From Octopus bimaculoides (taxonomy: Eukaryota), in NCBI RefSeq assembly GCF_001194135.2, contig NC_069003.1, positions 3,932,430 through 3,989,391 of the forward strand: DNA of 56,962 nt, in the 5' to 3' direction. Shown here one piece after another: positions 25,958 to 39,749 of this stretch. The position numbers were made by a program, and so were the translations under genes. How positions within the stretch are numbered: position 1 is the stretch's first letter; every line of letters starts with the position of its first letter. The notes beneath the pieces are model-generated. The model searched no databases. It saw nothing but the letters and a program-made list of their open reading frames with translations, and was not told where the DNA came from.

Positions 25958-27635
25958 GTATTTGCATACCAAGTGGCCTGATCTGAGATCGTGCGCTGAA
26001 ACAAAAACAATTGCAGAGCGGAAGGGGTTTATAAGCTTTTAAGAAAAACTCGAAATTTGGCAAGTGAACAGGTCACGGTTTCAAAGCGACGAAAATATTT
26101 TGACACAAATTAAATTTAAATGTNNNNNNNNNNNNNNNNNNNNNNNNNNNNNNNNNNNNNNNNNNNNNNNNNNNNNNNNNNNNNNNNNNNNNNNNNNNNN
26201 NNNNNNNNNNNNNNNNNNNNNNNATATATATATATATACGTACATATATATATGTATGTATGTATGCATATATCCATACACGCAATCACATTCGTGCGCG
26301 CACACACGCATATACGTATATACAGTCTTTAAACAAGAATGGTAAAACTTCAAACTTTCCTATACTCTATAGAAATTATATTTGGTTTAGCGAAAGAAAA
26401 TTAATATAAATTATTTGAAATCAATAATGAATTTTTTTCTGAATAAAGTAAGGCAAATTCAAATATATATTTTTAATAAGTGATAATAATTCTATAATAT
26501 ATAACACGATATATTTAGTTACGAATTACACATGGATCCAACATATATAGAGATAGAAATGGAGAGTTTGTGTAATTTATGAGAATTTTTAGAAAATGTT
26601 AATATAATATAAAAAATATTTGTTATACATGGATATATATCCAACGAACATAAAATTTTACAAGGATGTTATAACAAATTATTATTTAGAATTAAAAAAA
26701 AATACAATTAAATATAAATTTAATATAGTTACACAGAATTATATTTATTTATATATAGACACACACGCAGAAGCGCAGACACACACACACACACACACAC
26801 ACAAACATATATATACGTATGTCTATATATACACAGATATACATATACATATGTATGTATATATATGCACGTACGTAATAAATGTGTGTGCGTATACCTA
26901 TATACACACAGAGAGGTATAGATAGAAGGATAGACACTCATGTGAAAGTGAGTGTGAACATGGTGTAAATATGAAAACGTAATATATATTTGTGCGATAC
27001 AAATATTTAAATATTTCACAACATATAGGAAAGCCGAAACCAAGCAAAATATAAAAGCCAATACACACACGCACACAAATACACTTATTCATATTCATCA
27101 TTCTATGTCTGACTATCTACCCGTATATCTCTCTCGTTCTCTTACACACCTCACACTATCCCCCCNNNNNNNNNNNNNNNNNNNNNNNNNNNNNNNNNNN
27201 NNNNNNNNNNNNNNNNNNNNNNNNNNNNNNNNNNNNNNNNNNNNNNNNNNNNNNNNNNNNNNNNNNNNNNNNNNNNNNNNNNNNNNNNNNNNNNNNNNNN
27301 NNNNNNNNNNNNNNNNNNNNNNNNNNNNNNNNNNNNNNNNNNNNNNNNNNNNNNNNNNNNNNNNNNNNNNNNNNNNNNNNNNNNNNNNNNNNNNNNNNNN
27401 NNNNNNNNNNNNNNNNNNNNNNNNNNNNNNNNNNNNNNNNNNNNNNNNNNNNNNNNNNNNNNNNNNNNNNNNNNNNNNNNNNNNNNNNNNNNNNNNNNNN
27501 NNNNNNNNNNNNNNNNNNNNNNNNNNNNNNTATATATATATATATATATATATATTGATAGAAATGGCCAGACAAAAAAAGAATGAAAGAGACCTTGATA
27601 TTATGTAAATAGAGGAATTTATCTGTAAATATATG

Positions 27636-27805
27636 TGACAGTTACTAGGTAGCCATGATAAAACTCCGAGTTTCGGATGTTGGGGCGGAAACCCACGCCA
27701 GCATATCTTCAGTTATCGGGCCATCAGAAAAAATGCTGGTCATTTTCATAGCATTTTTCGACATCCGAAACTCGGAGTGTTATCATGGCTAACGAATAAC
27801 TGTCA
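27636..27805. mobile_element. 170-bp MITE with ~45-bp terminal inverted repeats
   Basis: 27651-27680 vs 27761-27790 match 29/30 as an inverted repeat, extending outward to TGACAGTTA / TAACTGTCA. Flanked by TA-rich sequence, no ORF. Confidence 0.85.
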
Positions 27806-27811
27806 TATAAG

Positions 27812-27845
<34 letters not shown>

Positions 27846-28865
27846 ACTCACACACTTACACACATATCCATACATATATATATACATGTATCGATACATA
27901 CATGCATATAAACATGCATATAGATAGATAGATAGATAAAAATAGACACGTATATCCGTACACTGATATATATATATCGAAATGTAGCCTATATTTTTCA
28001 TAATGTTTTATCATAAATAGATTTTCTAAAATTCTCATAAATTGTAAAATATTCCTAGAGTTTTCTAATATATATTAATATTGCAGGTACGTGAAGTTTA
28101 TATCTAGAAATATCGCATTATATATCGTATCATTATTACGATTTCCTTTTTCAAAATACATTTTAATTTCTGAAAGTTATTTTTTTTTCTGCCAAATATT
28201 ATTTTATATCTATTTATTTCCAATATTCTTTTATTATATAACTTTTGTTAAACCGTTGATAATTTTCATTGAGCTATTGAAAATTTTGAAATTTTGTTAT
28301 TTCGGTTAAGAAAAATATAATAAACGAACATGGAGTTTTACTTTATAGTTTTAAAAAGACCGTTTGTTTCCATAGAAATAGTAATTTAATATTTGTCTAC
28401 TAAATGTCTGTATGGTTCCCAATAGTTTTCAAAGCAGAATTACTACCGCGCTCTCCCAACGTTAACTAGCATAAATAACTGTTATCCATACACATATACG
28501 TGTGTGTATGTGTGTGAGTATGAGAGTGTGGTAGCATGTGTGTCCGTGCGTATTTATGAATGCCTGAATATGTAATTGTACTATGCATACATAAAAACAC
28601 ACGCATACACTAACATATAAATATATATGCACATATGTGTGTGTATTTATACATATATATATGCAGGTTTTTATGTTATTATGACGTATTAAATATGCTC
28701 ATAGCATATTTTGTCTGATATGGTGGTGAGTAGTATCACGTATACATATGCATGTACATTATGCATACAAACACACACACACACACACACACGCACACAT
28801 ATATATATTAATGTTTTTTACACAAACATATACACATACACATACATATATATATATACATATAT

Positions 28866-28904
<39 letters not shown>

Positions 28905-31439
28905 TATAGATAGATAGATAGATAAAAATACACATTTATATGTCAAATTTATATATATCCGTACACACACATATCGAAATATTGCCTATATATGTGCATA
29001 TGTGTATCTATATAGTCAGGTGTCTGTATATACACATACACATGTATATATATATATATATATATATATACATTTATATTTTTATGCACGTATAAATGCA
29101 TGTAGGTATGCATGTATGTATACATATCTACATGTATGTGTGTATGTATGTGTGTATGTATGTGTGTGTATATGCATGTCTATATGACTGAGGCACATAT
29201 AATCTTCATGTACGTATCCACAAGTGTGCAACAGACATGTCTACGTGGGAATATTATGTATCTGAATGTATCTTATATTGTTCCATCGAAGTTTCTTTGA
29301 TATATATGTTATTAAATATATAACAATGCTTCTTCATTTAATATCCAGTGTTGTTTTTAATATGCGTTATTTCCTTTATTTTAAAAATCTCCGATATATT
29401 TCGTTCTTGTGTTGCTATGCGGAAAATGGAAGACACAAAGAAAGAATAACAAAAAAAACATATTTTTATATAATGTTTTTGTTTAAGCCATTTCAAATAT
29501 CTTCGTAAAAACTTCACGAATGTATTGCGAAAATATTTCCGTTGGTGGAGAATAGTTTTTTTGTTATAGCAACTGTTTTGAATTTTTTTTATCGTTTTAT
29601 AATGTTTTTTTAGAGGAAGAAAGAGAGATATCATGGCCCTTTTCTCGTCCTTTCACAGAGGCTGTAGCAGACGATACAAAAATTTAACGTCCTCAGGTCA
29701 GTCATTGTCTGTAAGAAATAAAATGTGGCTGTCGAGATGGAATCTGGGTTCTGGTTGCAACGATACGGACAGAATGAAATCTGTTAAAAACAGCCAAAGC
29801 ATTGGTAGCCTCGAGCTGAACAGTTCGATGTTATGATGAATGTTGCGCAATGAAAGAAACCTCGTAGAGCCTCAACATAGTCAGTTGCTGTAAATTTTGG
29901 CCATGATGTGCAACGACAATTTATTTGCTCTGAAAAAGGCTGAAGGTACATATAGTGCGCCAGTGCACTTTTCAACCGTTTGGGTGTTTCTAAATCTTAG
30001 TTGGGTGAAGTAAATCTAGGTATGATGATGTTAAATTGATCTGGATGGTGATAACCAGGTCGAAATTATTAAGATCAAAAGATTCAATTATTATGGAAGG
30101 GAATTATAGTCAAGATTACTAAAGAATTTTGGAGAATGGTGGTGACGTGGGAGATATTTGAAAAACTATATTATCTGATATGTGGTTTCCACATTTAAGA
30201 CGTTGTTTAAGACGTTGTTATTTAATTACCATAATTAAGACGGGAAGTTAGTTCAATTTTAGGGAGATTTCGTTTTAAATTCTAGCTATTCAACCGCAAT
30301 ATCTAGGGCTTTGAAGCTTGTCCAACACATCAGGTATGTATGATGTACACTCTCATCTATGAGGCAGAGATCACAGCAACGTTTCATGATAGCGTAACTG
30401 AAAATAAAGTTACATCGGTTTATGTGAAGGCAATTTTAAAAGACGTTATGAAAACCACTAGTCTTCTTTTCAGCACATGGACAACAGTAAACCCACTAAG
30501 ATAGCAGGACTCGTATGGAGTTTGAAGACCATCTGTCCACCATTGCTGCTCCTGTTATTCAACCTTACGTCACACTTCAAAGAGCAGACATTATATTAGT
30601 AAATACAGAAGTTTCTAGTGTTAAGCCAACTATATAAAAGCAAAATGTATACGTCTATATGATTTCTCACGCTGCTAGCAATGGCAACAAAGATACAATG
30701 AAATCACGTCATAACATCTTTCAAAAAAAATTGCTGTTATGCCTGTCTGTGTGTCCCTTTACCGAAGTTGAAGGAAAGATACAAACTCTTAATTTCTGTG
30801 TGTGAATCATTCTAAGAAATAAATTGTCCCTGCGTAAATAGAATCTGGGGTCTGCATCTAATATTTCCGTCAGGAGCACCAAAATCATTGGTGATCACAA
30901 ACTGGACACTTTAGTTTCAGCTCAGAATATCTTCTAATGAAACCAAGCTAATCTTTTTTATTCATTTTTTACGGCAAATATATATTTATTTACAGCAAAT
31001 TTATTCATCTCTATTTTTACGACCAATACTACGAAATTCTCTATACGTCTTCCTTGTAATCCTGGAGATGCTGACAACGATATGAAATACAGAACCAGAA
31101 GAGCAGCGTGCAACAAGAATGTTCCTGCACAACTACAAAATCCGGTCCATAAGCATACTTCACTTCGACGTCGGGATGTGTAAACCCCATTGTCCATCGG
31201 AAATATTGGGAAACAACTTATCTGCTGCTCATTGACGAGGAAAATATATGTTTATCAGCTAGTATGCGCTTTAAGGTTTATAACCATTTTATTTGGGATT
31301 GGTGTATATGTACGAACCAGGTTGACTCGAAGTATGGTTGAACTTTTGAACAATGAACAAATTTCCATTGTTCATAGGATAGAGAGGATTTCAGTATTCT
31401 TGCAAGGACAACTCATAAGAACAGTTTTAAACTAAATAC

Positions 31440-31508
31440 ATAGATAGATAGATAGACGGAAAGATAGGCATACAGATAGAAAGGTAGACAGATATATAGA
31501 TAGATAGA

Positions 31509-31604
<96 letters not shown>

Positions 31605-31957
31605 NNNNNNNNNNNNNNNNNNNNNNNNNNNNNNNNNNNNNNNNNNNNNNNNNNNNNNNNNNNNNNNNNNNNNNNNNNNNNNNNNNNNNNNNNNNNNNNN
31701 NNNNNNNNNNNNNNNNNNNNNNNNNNNNNNNNNNNNNNNNNNNNNNNNNNNNNNNNNNNNNNNNNNNNNNNNNNNNNNNNNNNNNNNNNNNNNNNNNNNN
31801 NNNNNNNNNNNNNNNNNNNNNNNNNNNNNNNNNNNNNNNNNNNNNNNNNNNNNNNNNNNNNNNNNNNNNNNNNNNNNNNNNNNNNNNNNNNNNNNNNNNN
31901 NNNNNNNNNNNNNNNNNNNNNNNNNNNNNNNNNNNNNNNNNNNNNNNNNNNNNNNNN

Positions 31958-32018
<61 letters not shown>
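31440..32018. repeat. (GATA)n-(TA)n-(GA)n compound microsatellite spanning a gap
   Basis: Direct. Confidence 0.93.
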
Positions 32019-32969
32019 TGAATATAAAGAAAAAGAAAAAACAATGGTGATAGTAGCTGCGTGTCAGCGAATTAATTAAAATTAAAACGTAATGCGTTGG
32101 ATATCGGCTCTGTGAGGTGAGTATGCAGTGATCCATTGGCTCTGATCACAATCCTGTCCTGATAATGACAAGAGAGCGTAGCCCTTATCTGTCAGTCGAT
32201 TCTCCAATATAATATCAACACTAACGCGGTTATCAACGTTTACTTTAATCGATTATGCCTCAGTGGAAAGAAGGAAGGAAAAAATGTGACATTTCGAACA
32301 CAATCAATATTTTAACTACTAACCTATCTAAAAATATCTCTCTGCACCAGTGCACAAGCGTTGATTTATATATTTTTATACAAATTTGATATTAGATTTT
32401 GCTTGGTAATTATTATTTTTTTTTTTTTTTTTTTTGGCGATGTTAGAAATGTCAGTAATAAAGACAAGTTAAACATTAGTATTGCAAGAGATAAATGTTG
32501 GTCAATGTTGGGAAAATATCAGTTTTAGAAATATCATTGATTTGATATTCTTGTTGTGTTGTTGAAATAACAGAATTCTAAAATCTCAGATTTCTGTGGG
32601 AGTCCGTTTTCGAGATTGCTCTTCTTACTGCATGGAAGAGTAAGACGTTCTCACCTGTTGGTCGTGTGATGCTTTTAAAGGAGACGTCCTGGGTCATGGA
32701 GTTAATGTACCACCCTTATTATCACCATCACCTGTATGTCTTCTGCTGAATTAATTTGGGTGGAAGACTTGAAGCATTGACCAGTTTAACATACCCTGGT
32801 TCATGGTTACTATAATCGGTTAGAGGCCCGCTATGTTGTAGACACTCAGTTCATATATCCGATTTTAAGATAAGTTCTTCATGCTCTCCTACAGACTGGA
32901 AGTCCCTCACAAAGGTCCCACCTTTCTCCTTTGACTACTCTACAGCAGAAATAGTTTAATAATTGTTTC

Positions 32970-33145
32970 TAATATCTAAAGGTACAAGACCTGAGATTGG
33001 AGCGGGGGGTGTTAGGACGTACCATATATCCAATTATGGGATTGTACTTATTTTATTGAACGACAGCTGGATTTGAACTAACAAGCTAAAGCGTCGGCAG
33101 AAATGCCGTGAAGTATATTTTGCGACTTTAATGCTGCCCTTTCGC
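32970..33145 (-). mobile_element. SINE family B, highly degenerate
   Basis: AGGTACAAG..GTACTTATTTTATTGA..GGATTTGAACT..AAAGCGTCGGCAGAAATGCCGTGAAG follows the family B reverse complement in order. Confidence 0.6.
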
Positions 33146-33492
33146 TTTTGACCAGCTCATACCAGAAAGTATGCAGTAATACATTGATATTTATGCATGT
33201 ATATATTTGTATGAAATATGTATGCATGGCTGTATGGTTACATGAATAACTATATAAGCTGCATGTATGTGTCTGTATGTGTCTGTCAGCATACGTGTTA
33301 GTATGACACGTTCTGTGAATGATTAAACATATAATGAAAGACATTCCAGCTATTACCATCATAGTCCATACGTATCTTGCAGTTAGTAATCCAATATGAA
33401 TGTTACTCCATCTTTCGTCTTTTCGTTATATGAGGTAGATAGATTGTATTGTCTCTAGTAATAATGACCAACAACGGAGAATCGCTATTTTC

Positions 33493-33676
33493 AGCTGGTG
33501 CTTATTTCATAGTCCCCCCCCCACCACCACCACCACCACCACCACCACCAAAAAAAAAAAAGAGAGAGTGAAAGGCAAAGTCGACCTCAGCGAATTTTGA
33601 ACTCAGAACGTAAAGATCGACGAACGGCCGCTTGGTGTCTTACCGGGCGAAGTAACGATTCTGCCTGCTCGTGACC
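33493..33676 (-). mobile_element. SINE family B with internal simple-repeat expansion
   Basis: CTGGTGCTTATTTCAT..[C/CAC/A runs]..TGAAAGGCAAAGTCGACCTCAGCGAATTTTGAACTCAGAACGTAAAG..AACGATTCTGCCTGCTCG. Confidence 0.88.
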
Positions 33677-34349
33677 TTAAACCACATAAATATTGCTAAT
33701 ACATTGGATAAAGAGGTCGTATATTTACATTCTCTGAAATTAATACTGAACGGACAAAGTCGAAGTGCTTTGATCACTGATTGCTTGATCGGAACTTAAC
33801 AACGCCAATACCATAGTGGCATTTTGCCGAATACGTCTCCATGGAATGATTTAGGTTAGAAAATCAAATAGCAAGTCGTTGTAATGAATGAAAATGGTTT
33901 ATCTAAATGGATTATCTCGGCTAAAATTGTTTATATTTTTGTTGCAAGTTTTTAAGAGATGATTCTAATTAACAGTTATCAATTATCATTAATTGCTGCG
34001 TAAGAAGTGATGACGTGTTGAATGGAAGCATTTCATTGGTCAATTGGGATTGACTAATGTTCACATCAATCCGCTGAAAGGATTGAATAATGTTTCTGTG
34101 ACGCTAATGTCGTTATATTCGTTCTGTACCAACATAGATAGGCACGATGGTTGGGTAGACATGATGGGAGGGAGATAGAGAGAGAGAGAGTGAGAGAGAG
34201 AGAGAGAGTGAGAGAGAGTGAGAGAGAGAGAGAGAGGCAAGCAGAGACAGAAACAGACAGACAGTCAGACAAAATGTTAATTAGAGACTTATATGGTGAG
34301 CTTGATATATTGATGGTAGATATGTCAATTGTTAAATAGAGAGATAAAG

Positions 34350-34389
<40 letters not shown>

Positions 34390-34443
34390 TGAGAGAGAGA
34401 GCGAAATAAATTGAGAGAGACAGAGAGGGACAGACAGATATAG

Positions 34444-34484
<41 letters not shown>

Positions 34485-34536
34485 ATCTTGTATAGCGCGA
34501 TGGAGAATCTCGAAGCCACCTCTCTCAAATTCAGGA

Positions 34537-34817
34537 ATTTTCAAACTTGAAATCTTACAGAAAACAAATTTAACTCTTGTACAAATATTATAAGCGATTC
34601 AAATATCCTAACATTAAAGTCAGTTATTTCTGTATGAACAGCATACCTTTTTAGATCAAATTCCAGAATTGCAACTCATTACAACAAGGGATTTTCAAAC
34701 TAACAGAATACCAGTTTAATCCATGCACAAACTTTGTATGTGATTCAACTCCCCTAACATTAAGTATGTGTAGCATACCTTCTTAGATCAAATTCGGAAA
34801 TCCCAACTCAGTACAAC
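34537..34817. repeat. Old tandem duplication of a ~130-155-bp unit
   Basis: Collinear motifs ATTTTCAAACT, GATTCAA, CCTAACATTAA, AGCATACCTT.TTAGATCAAATTC and CAACTCA.TACAAC each occur twice. Confidence 0.85.
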
Positions 34818-36267
34818 TGACACACTATCAATCAAATTGTAACTGTCGAAGTCCATCCTGTTGTCCAATGAGGAGATTTCCCATCGTGAAAACTGTCATA
34901 GCACTTGTGCGGAACGTTAAGAATTGCGAATATATTCATGGGACAATTGCTTCGATATTTCGCATTATTAAGAATAAAAAAAAACATATCAAAATTGTAT
35001 GAAAATTCATGTCTCTGACACATATGAAAACGCATATGTCGTACTCCCCAGTATGAAATATCGTTGATAGAGCCGTCCATACATTAACAGGGCTTACGTC
35101 TGTAAACCTTACGTAACTAGAAAGCATCATATGCTAGCAATATCTGCAACATTTCTTAACCAAAACTTGAAGATATAAACCGATTACCGACTAGAAATAT
35201 TTTTAAGGAAAATTTCCAATATTTTCAGGCGCCATCTTTCAATTTTTTATGCACAACTTCCTCTGAAGCATCACAGATATATACCTTTTATGTCGATAAA
35301 TCTTTTGTAACTTTCTTTTTTGTAAACTCTTTTAAAAATAACTTAATAACTAGGATATTATACTAATGGAAATGGATATTTCGCAAGAATAAGAAAAAAA
35401 AATTGTGTAAATCATTTTAGTAGAAGGTTGAATAGGTATAAAAAATGAATTAATATCTAGAGGGATAATAATATATTGAACTATAAAAAGAAATAAGACG
35501 AAAATAGTCTTGAAAACAAATAGTGGATATTCATATTAAAATAAATACATATATAGAGTCATATATTTTCCTCCAGAGACAAATTAGTGTCGCCAGTGTT
35601 CTCACGTTTAAAATAAAAAGTATGATATTATCATCGGTGGAATTATACGAACTTGTAAAATATGTATTATAGTTACATATAGACTTATGAAAAGGAAGGA
35701 AATTCTAATGACACTTCTATCAATGATCGTATTTCTGTATGTATATTTGTATGTATATGTACATATGTGAATGAATGGCTGGATGCGTTTAGGTATGTAT
35801 GTATGTAATTATGAACGAAGCAAAAGATTTTGTGCTTCAATACACACTCAAAATAAATTCACACTCAGGAAGTTCTTGGATTCTTAATGTGGTGTGGATG
35901 TACGTAGTCTCAAAGAAAATATACATACATACATATATACACATACAGTGTACATTTAACCACATAAGAGGTATCCATCATAGGATTCCCTCACGCTAGA
36001 AAGAACAGCTAAGTTCCAAACCACTATTAGGGATAAAATCTCGAAGGGAATGAAAAATAAAATCATTTACCATCTAGCTCCTGGACCAATGGTTTCAGAT
36101 TTATTTTAGCAAATAAAATAATTTGCCAAGCGATGTCTTCATCAGCAGGTACACCCATATTAAACATACATACACGAGGCAATCAGGTATATGCCCCATG
36201 TTTATACATTCCAATTGTTCAAATCTACCGCGTAAGCGCAGCTCCTTGTAGACATATATATATATAT

Positions 36268-36365
36268 GAGTTCGGATCACGGACCGAGTTGCGTATTGTG
36301 TTCTTGAGCAACACACTTTATTTCACGTTGCTCCAGTTCACTGAGATGTAGAAATGAGTTGCGAC
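36268..36365 (+). mobile_element. SINE family C fragment
   Basis: GAGTTCGGATC..TTGTGTTCTTGAGCAACACACTTTATTTCACGTTGCTCCAGTTCACTGAG matches the reverse complement of 500-560. Confidence 0.85.
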
Positions 36366-36561
36366 GACACGAATTTTGCCGGTGAGTGTGTTAAATTATA
36401 AGGCACTAAAAGAGAATGACTCTCCCCAGACAAAACAGAATCTGCTTCAACACACGAACTCATATATAGAATACCAAACTCATATATATGCAAACCAAAT
36501 CCGAAAACGAAATATATCTATATATGTGTGTACGTGTGTGTGCGTGTACGTGTGTGTGCGT

Positions 36562-36615
<54 letters not shown>

Positions 36616-37417
36616 ACATGTATATATATGTATATATATTGAAGAACTGGGTTGCCAAGCTCCTCCTCTTATTTTAAGTTTCGTAGAGGTGAAGATACGA
36701 TAACTGCCTCAGACATTCAGACGGAAAATGACGAAAGATGGACATGCCTATATAATTGCAGAGAGATTAAGCTCTATTGGTTATTTCTGGCTATGTTTGT
36801 AGAGCGATAGCTCAGCGACAGCCAATATTGGATGGAATCACTTCGTATGTTCAAGCAGACGGGATATCAATGGCATTCAGGAATCAATAAGTGGTATTTA
36901 CTGCGCTAGCGACATCAATGCTTAAGACGTGGTTCAGTGAAAAGCGGCTTCTGTATTATAGAAAAATAGCTGAATCTCCGGCCCTGAGTTACGGGGCATG
37001 TGGCTATAGTAATAAATTAGCGACATCAGTTGATAAGTTAATCTAGGTTGGGGATGTTATTGACACTTAGTTATCGGTTTGGCGCAGATGATAGATATAT
37101 CAGGATAATCTGTGGTCGATGAATTGAAATACATCACAACTGAATAGTTTCTATGACAACAATATGCAATATCTTCAGTCTATTAATGAACACTGCAGGC
37201 GTTTTGAGTATGTGTAGTTTCTCAGGCAAGCAGAGTCGACAGTTTTAAGCTCCGGACAAGTATGGTGGAGCCCTGTCGATTATATACCATTTGATGTAGC
37301 ATGAGTTTTTTCTGTGTTTCAAGAATTCCAAAATGTATTGGGAGAAGACATGTGTGTTGTCCGTATCTTTAGATATGAAAACCTGCTGAAATCATTGGCC
37401 GCCATGTCCTTATAGTA

Positions 37418-37505
37418 TCGGCTGAATTTGAAATCGGAATTTAAAGACGAACGAAATGCCGCTAAGCATTTTGCCCAGCGCTAATGGTTCTGCCAGCTCG
37501 CCGTC
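37418..37505 (-). mobile_element. SINE family B, head only
   Basis: TCGGCTGAATTTGAA..AAAGACGAACGAAATGCCGCTAAGCATTTTGCCCAGCGCTAATGGTTCTGCCAGCTCGCC. Confidence 0.85.
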
Positions 37506-37980
37506 TTTGTATATGTAAATATTGATAAAGAGACACCCACATTTAAAGATACGTTTAATTGACCGCTAACTTATAATGGCATTAGCAATAACTTAACTCA
37601 TACGCTGAGACATTCTAATAACTTTTCTTCCCCCTGACATTTATCATCAACTAAATAGAGCTTCTAACAATTGAGATAGATTTCCTGGCAAAGTAACATT
37701 CTTGCCAAATCTTTTCAATCAAAAGAAATCAAATTTAAACATTCATTATCACTTTTATGGGCATTTAACATTTAATTAAAACTTGTTTGCGTAGAATTTA
37801 CAATGCCAAGATATATACGATGGCCAAATAATTATGGGATAAACCAAAGTGAAGATATATGTAAATCGAAGAAGAGTTTGCGGTAAGGTTAATATTTATC
37901 AGTTGCTACGAGGTAAGATCATGCATAATAGATTTATATCGCCTATCAGAAATAAATTCCTTCAATCTTTTCTTTCACTT

Positions 37981-38038
<58 letters not shown>

Positions 38039-38332
38039 TGTCCCGAATTCTTAATATTCCGTATCAATAGCTGTTGCAATCTGTCAGTGAAAAATATCTA
38101 GTTTCGTCGAGTTAATAGAGTACAATTGGTAGCAAGTGTATCTACGTATGCAAATGTTTGACGTATACGTATGTATGTATTTATACATATATATATATAC
38201 ATATATATATACGCATATATATATATATACGCATATATATATATATACGCATATATATATACATATACGTACATATATAGATATAAATATACTCACAAGC
38301 ACACTTACACAAACAAATACTCAGAACACATG

Positions 38333-38410
<78 letters not shown>

Positions 38411-39749
38411 ATGAATAAATGTACAAATAATGAAAATAAAATGTGCCACAGAATAGAAAATGTCACATCAATTGATATTACGAATTTAAGAAATATAATC
38501 ATAAAAATATAAAAGAATATGTTTTATCTTCCTTAAATTTTAACACTTAATACTGTGAATATTGATGTATTTCATATAATTATTCAATTCTCCATTTTAA
38601 AATGCGATCTAAAAACCAGAAATAGTTTTGAAAAGCGAAGATGATTAAAAGTAAAATGCAGCCAATAGCCCTAAAGAAACTGTTAATAAATGCCCAGTTT
38701 TATGCCAATATTGCTGCAAAGCTGACATTCAAAATTGCTGAAAATCAAATTAAGAAACTTTTATTAATATCTTGAAAAGATGAGAGAAATTTCACAGCAA
38801 AAGAAGACAAAACTTTGAAATAAAAAGTATTTGTATTTGCAAATCCGTATAAGTAATATTTGTCACAATATATCGTTGACGTGGCGAAAATTACATTAGC
38901 CAAACAGGCATGTTTCATAGAAAGAAAATGATGATTGTTCATCAACAACATATACGTGACACGTTCACAAGAAAATTTCCAATTAAAGAACATTTCCTTC
39001 GATGACTTGGAATTCGACAGCTGAAATTGAATTGTCCCCATATTAATAATGGGAGAAAAATATAATAGATCTAGAAACAAATACGAGAGAAATATGCTTA
39101 TTAAAAAAATATAAATTAAGTTTAAATAGATTAACAATTAGTACTCTGATTTTGAAATTTAAATATCAACAGTCATGGAAATAAATTTGTCTCCCAATTC
39201 TTTCCGAGTATTTGAAGTAGGATTGTATCATTTGTTAAATTCTGCTCTTCGAACAAATTAAGAGAACAATGTACAGTGTATCATCTAATGTGTCTATGAA
39301 CGAAACTTCTTTAAAACGACAGATCATGCAATAGATCAACAGACAGACATCACACGTGTACATTAATTAAAGCGACAGTCTCTCATGACAAATGAAAACA
39401 GTATGCAATATTGTACTTTAGAATATATAAGAAACAAATTTGGTAAAATTTAATTGCAATAATGTATTTTAGTATAATTAATTAATTGCAATATGAAAAG
39501 ACTTATATTTAGTCTACACGTTTAATATCATATTTTTCTATCTCGAGGCTTCTGCAGAATTTTTAACGTAACACATTCAAGCACACGTGCACATACGAAC
39601 AAACAAACATAATTGGAGACGTACAATCATTTCCGAAGTATACATATTTATCTATATAAATATATGTGTATATATATATATCTATTTATATGTATGTGTG
39701 TATATATTTGTGTCTCTCTCTATATATATAGAGAGATAGATAGATAGAT

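Noticed and set aside
29667-29687. ADDTKI, resembling the RT motif FADDTK of CR1/Jockey LINEs
   Set aside because: Immediately followed by a stop, with no flanking RT motifs in any frame.
30286-30333. 48-nt exon candidate (YSTAISRALKLVQHI) with TTCTAG| and CAG|GTATGT
   Set aside because: Too short to distinguish from chance, no recognisable homology and no partner exons identified.
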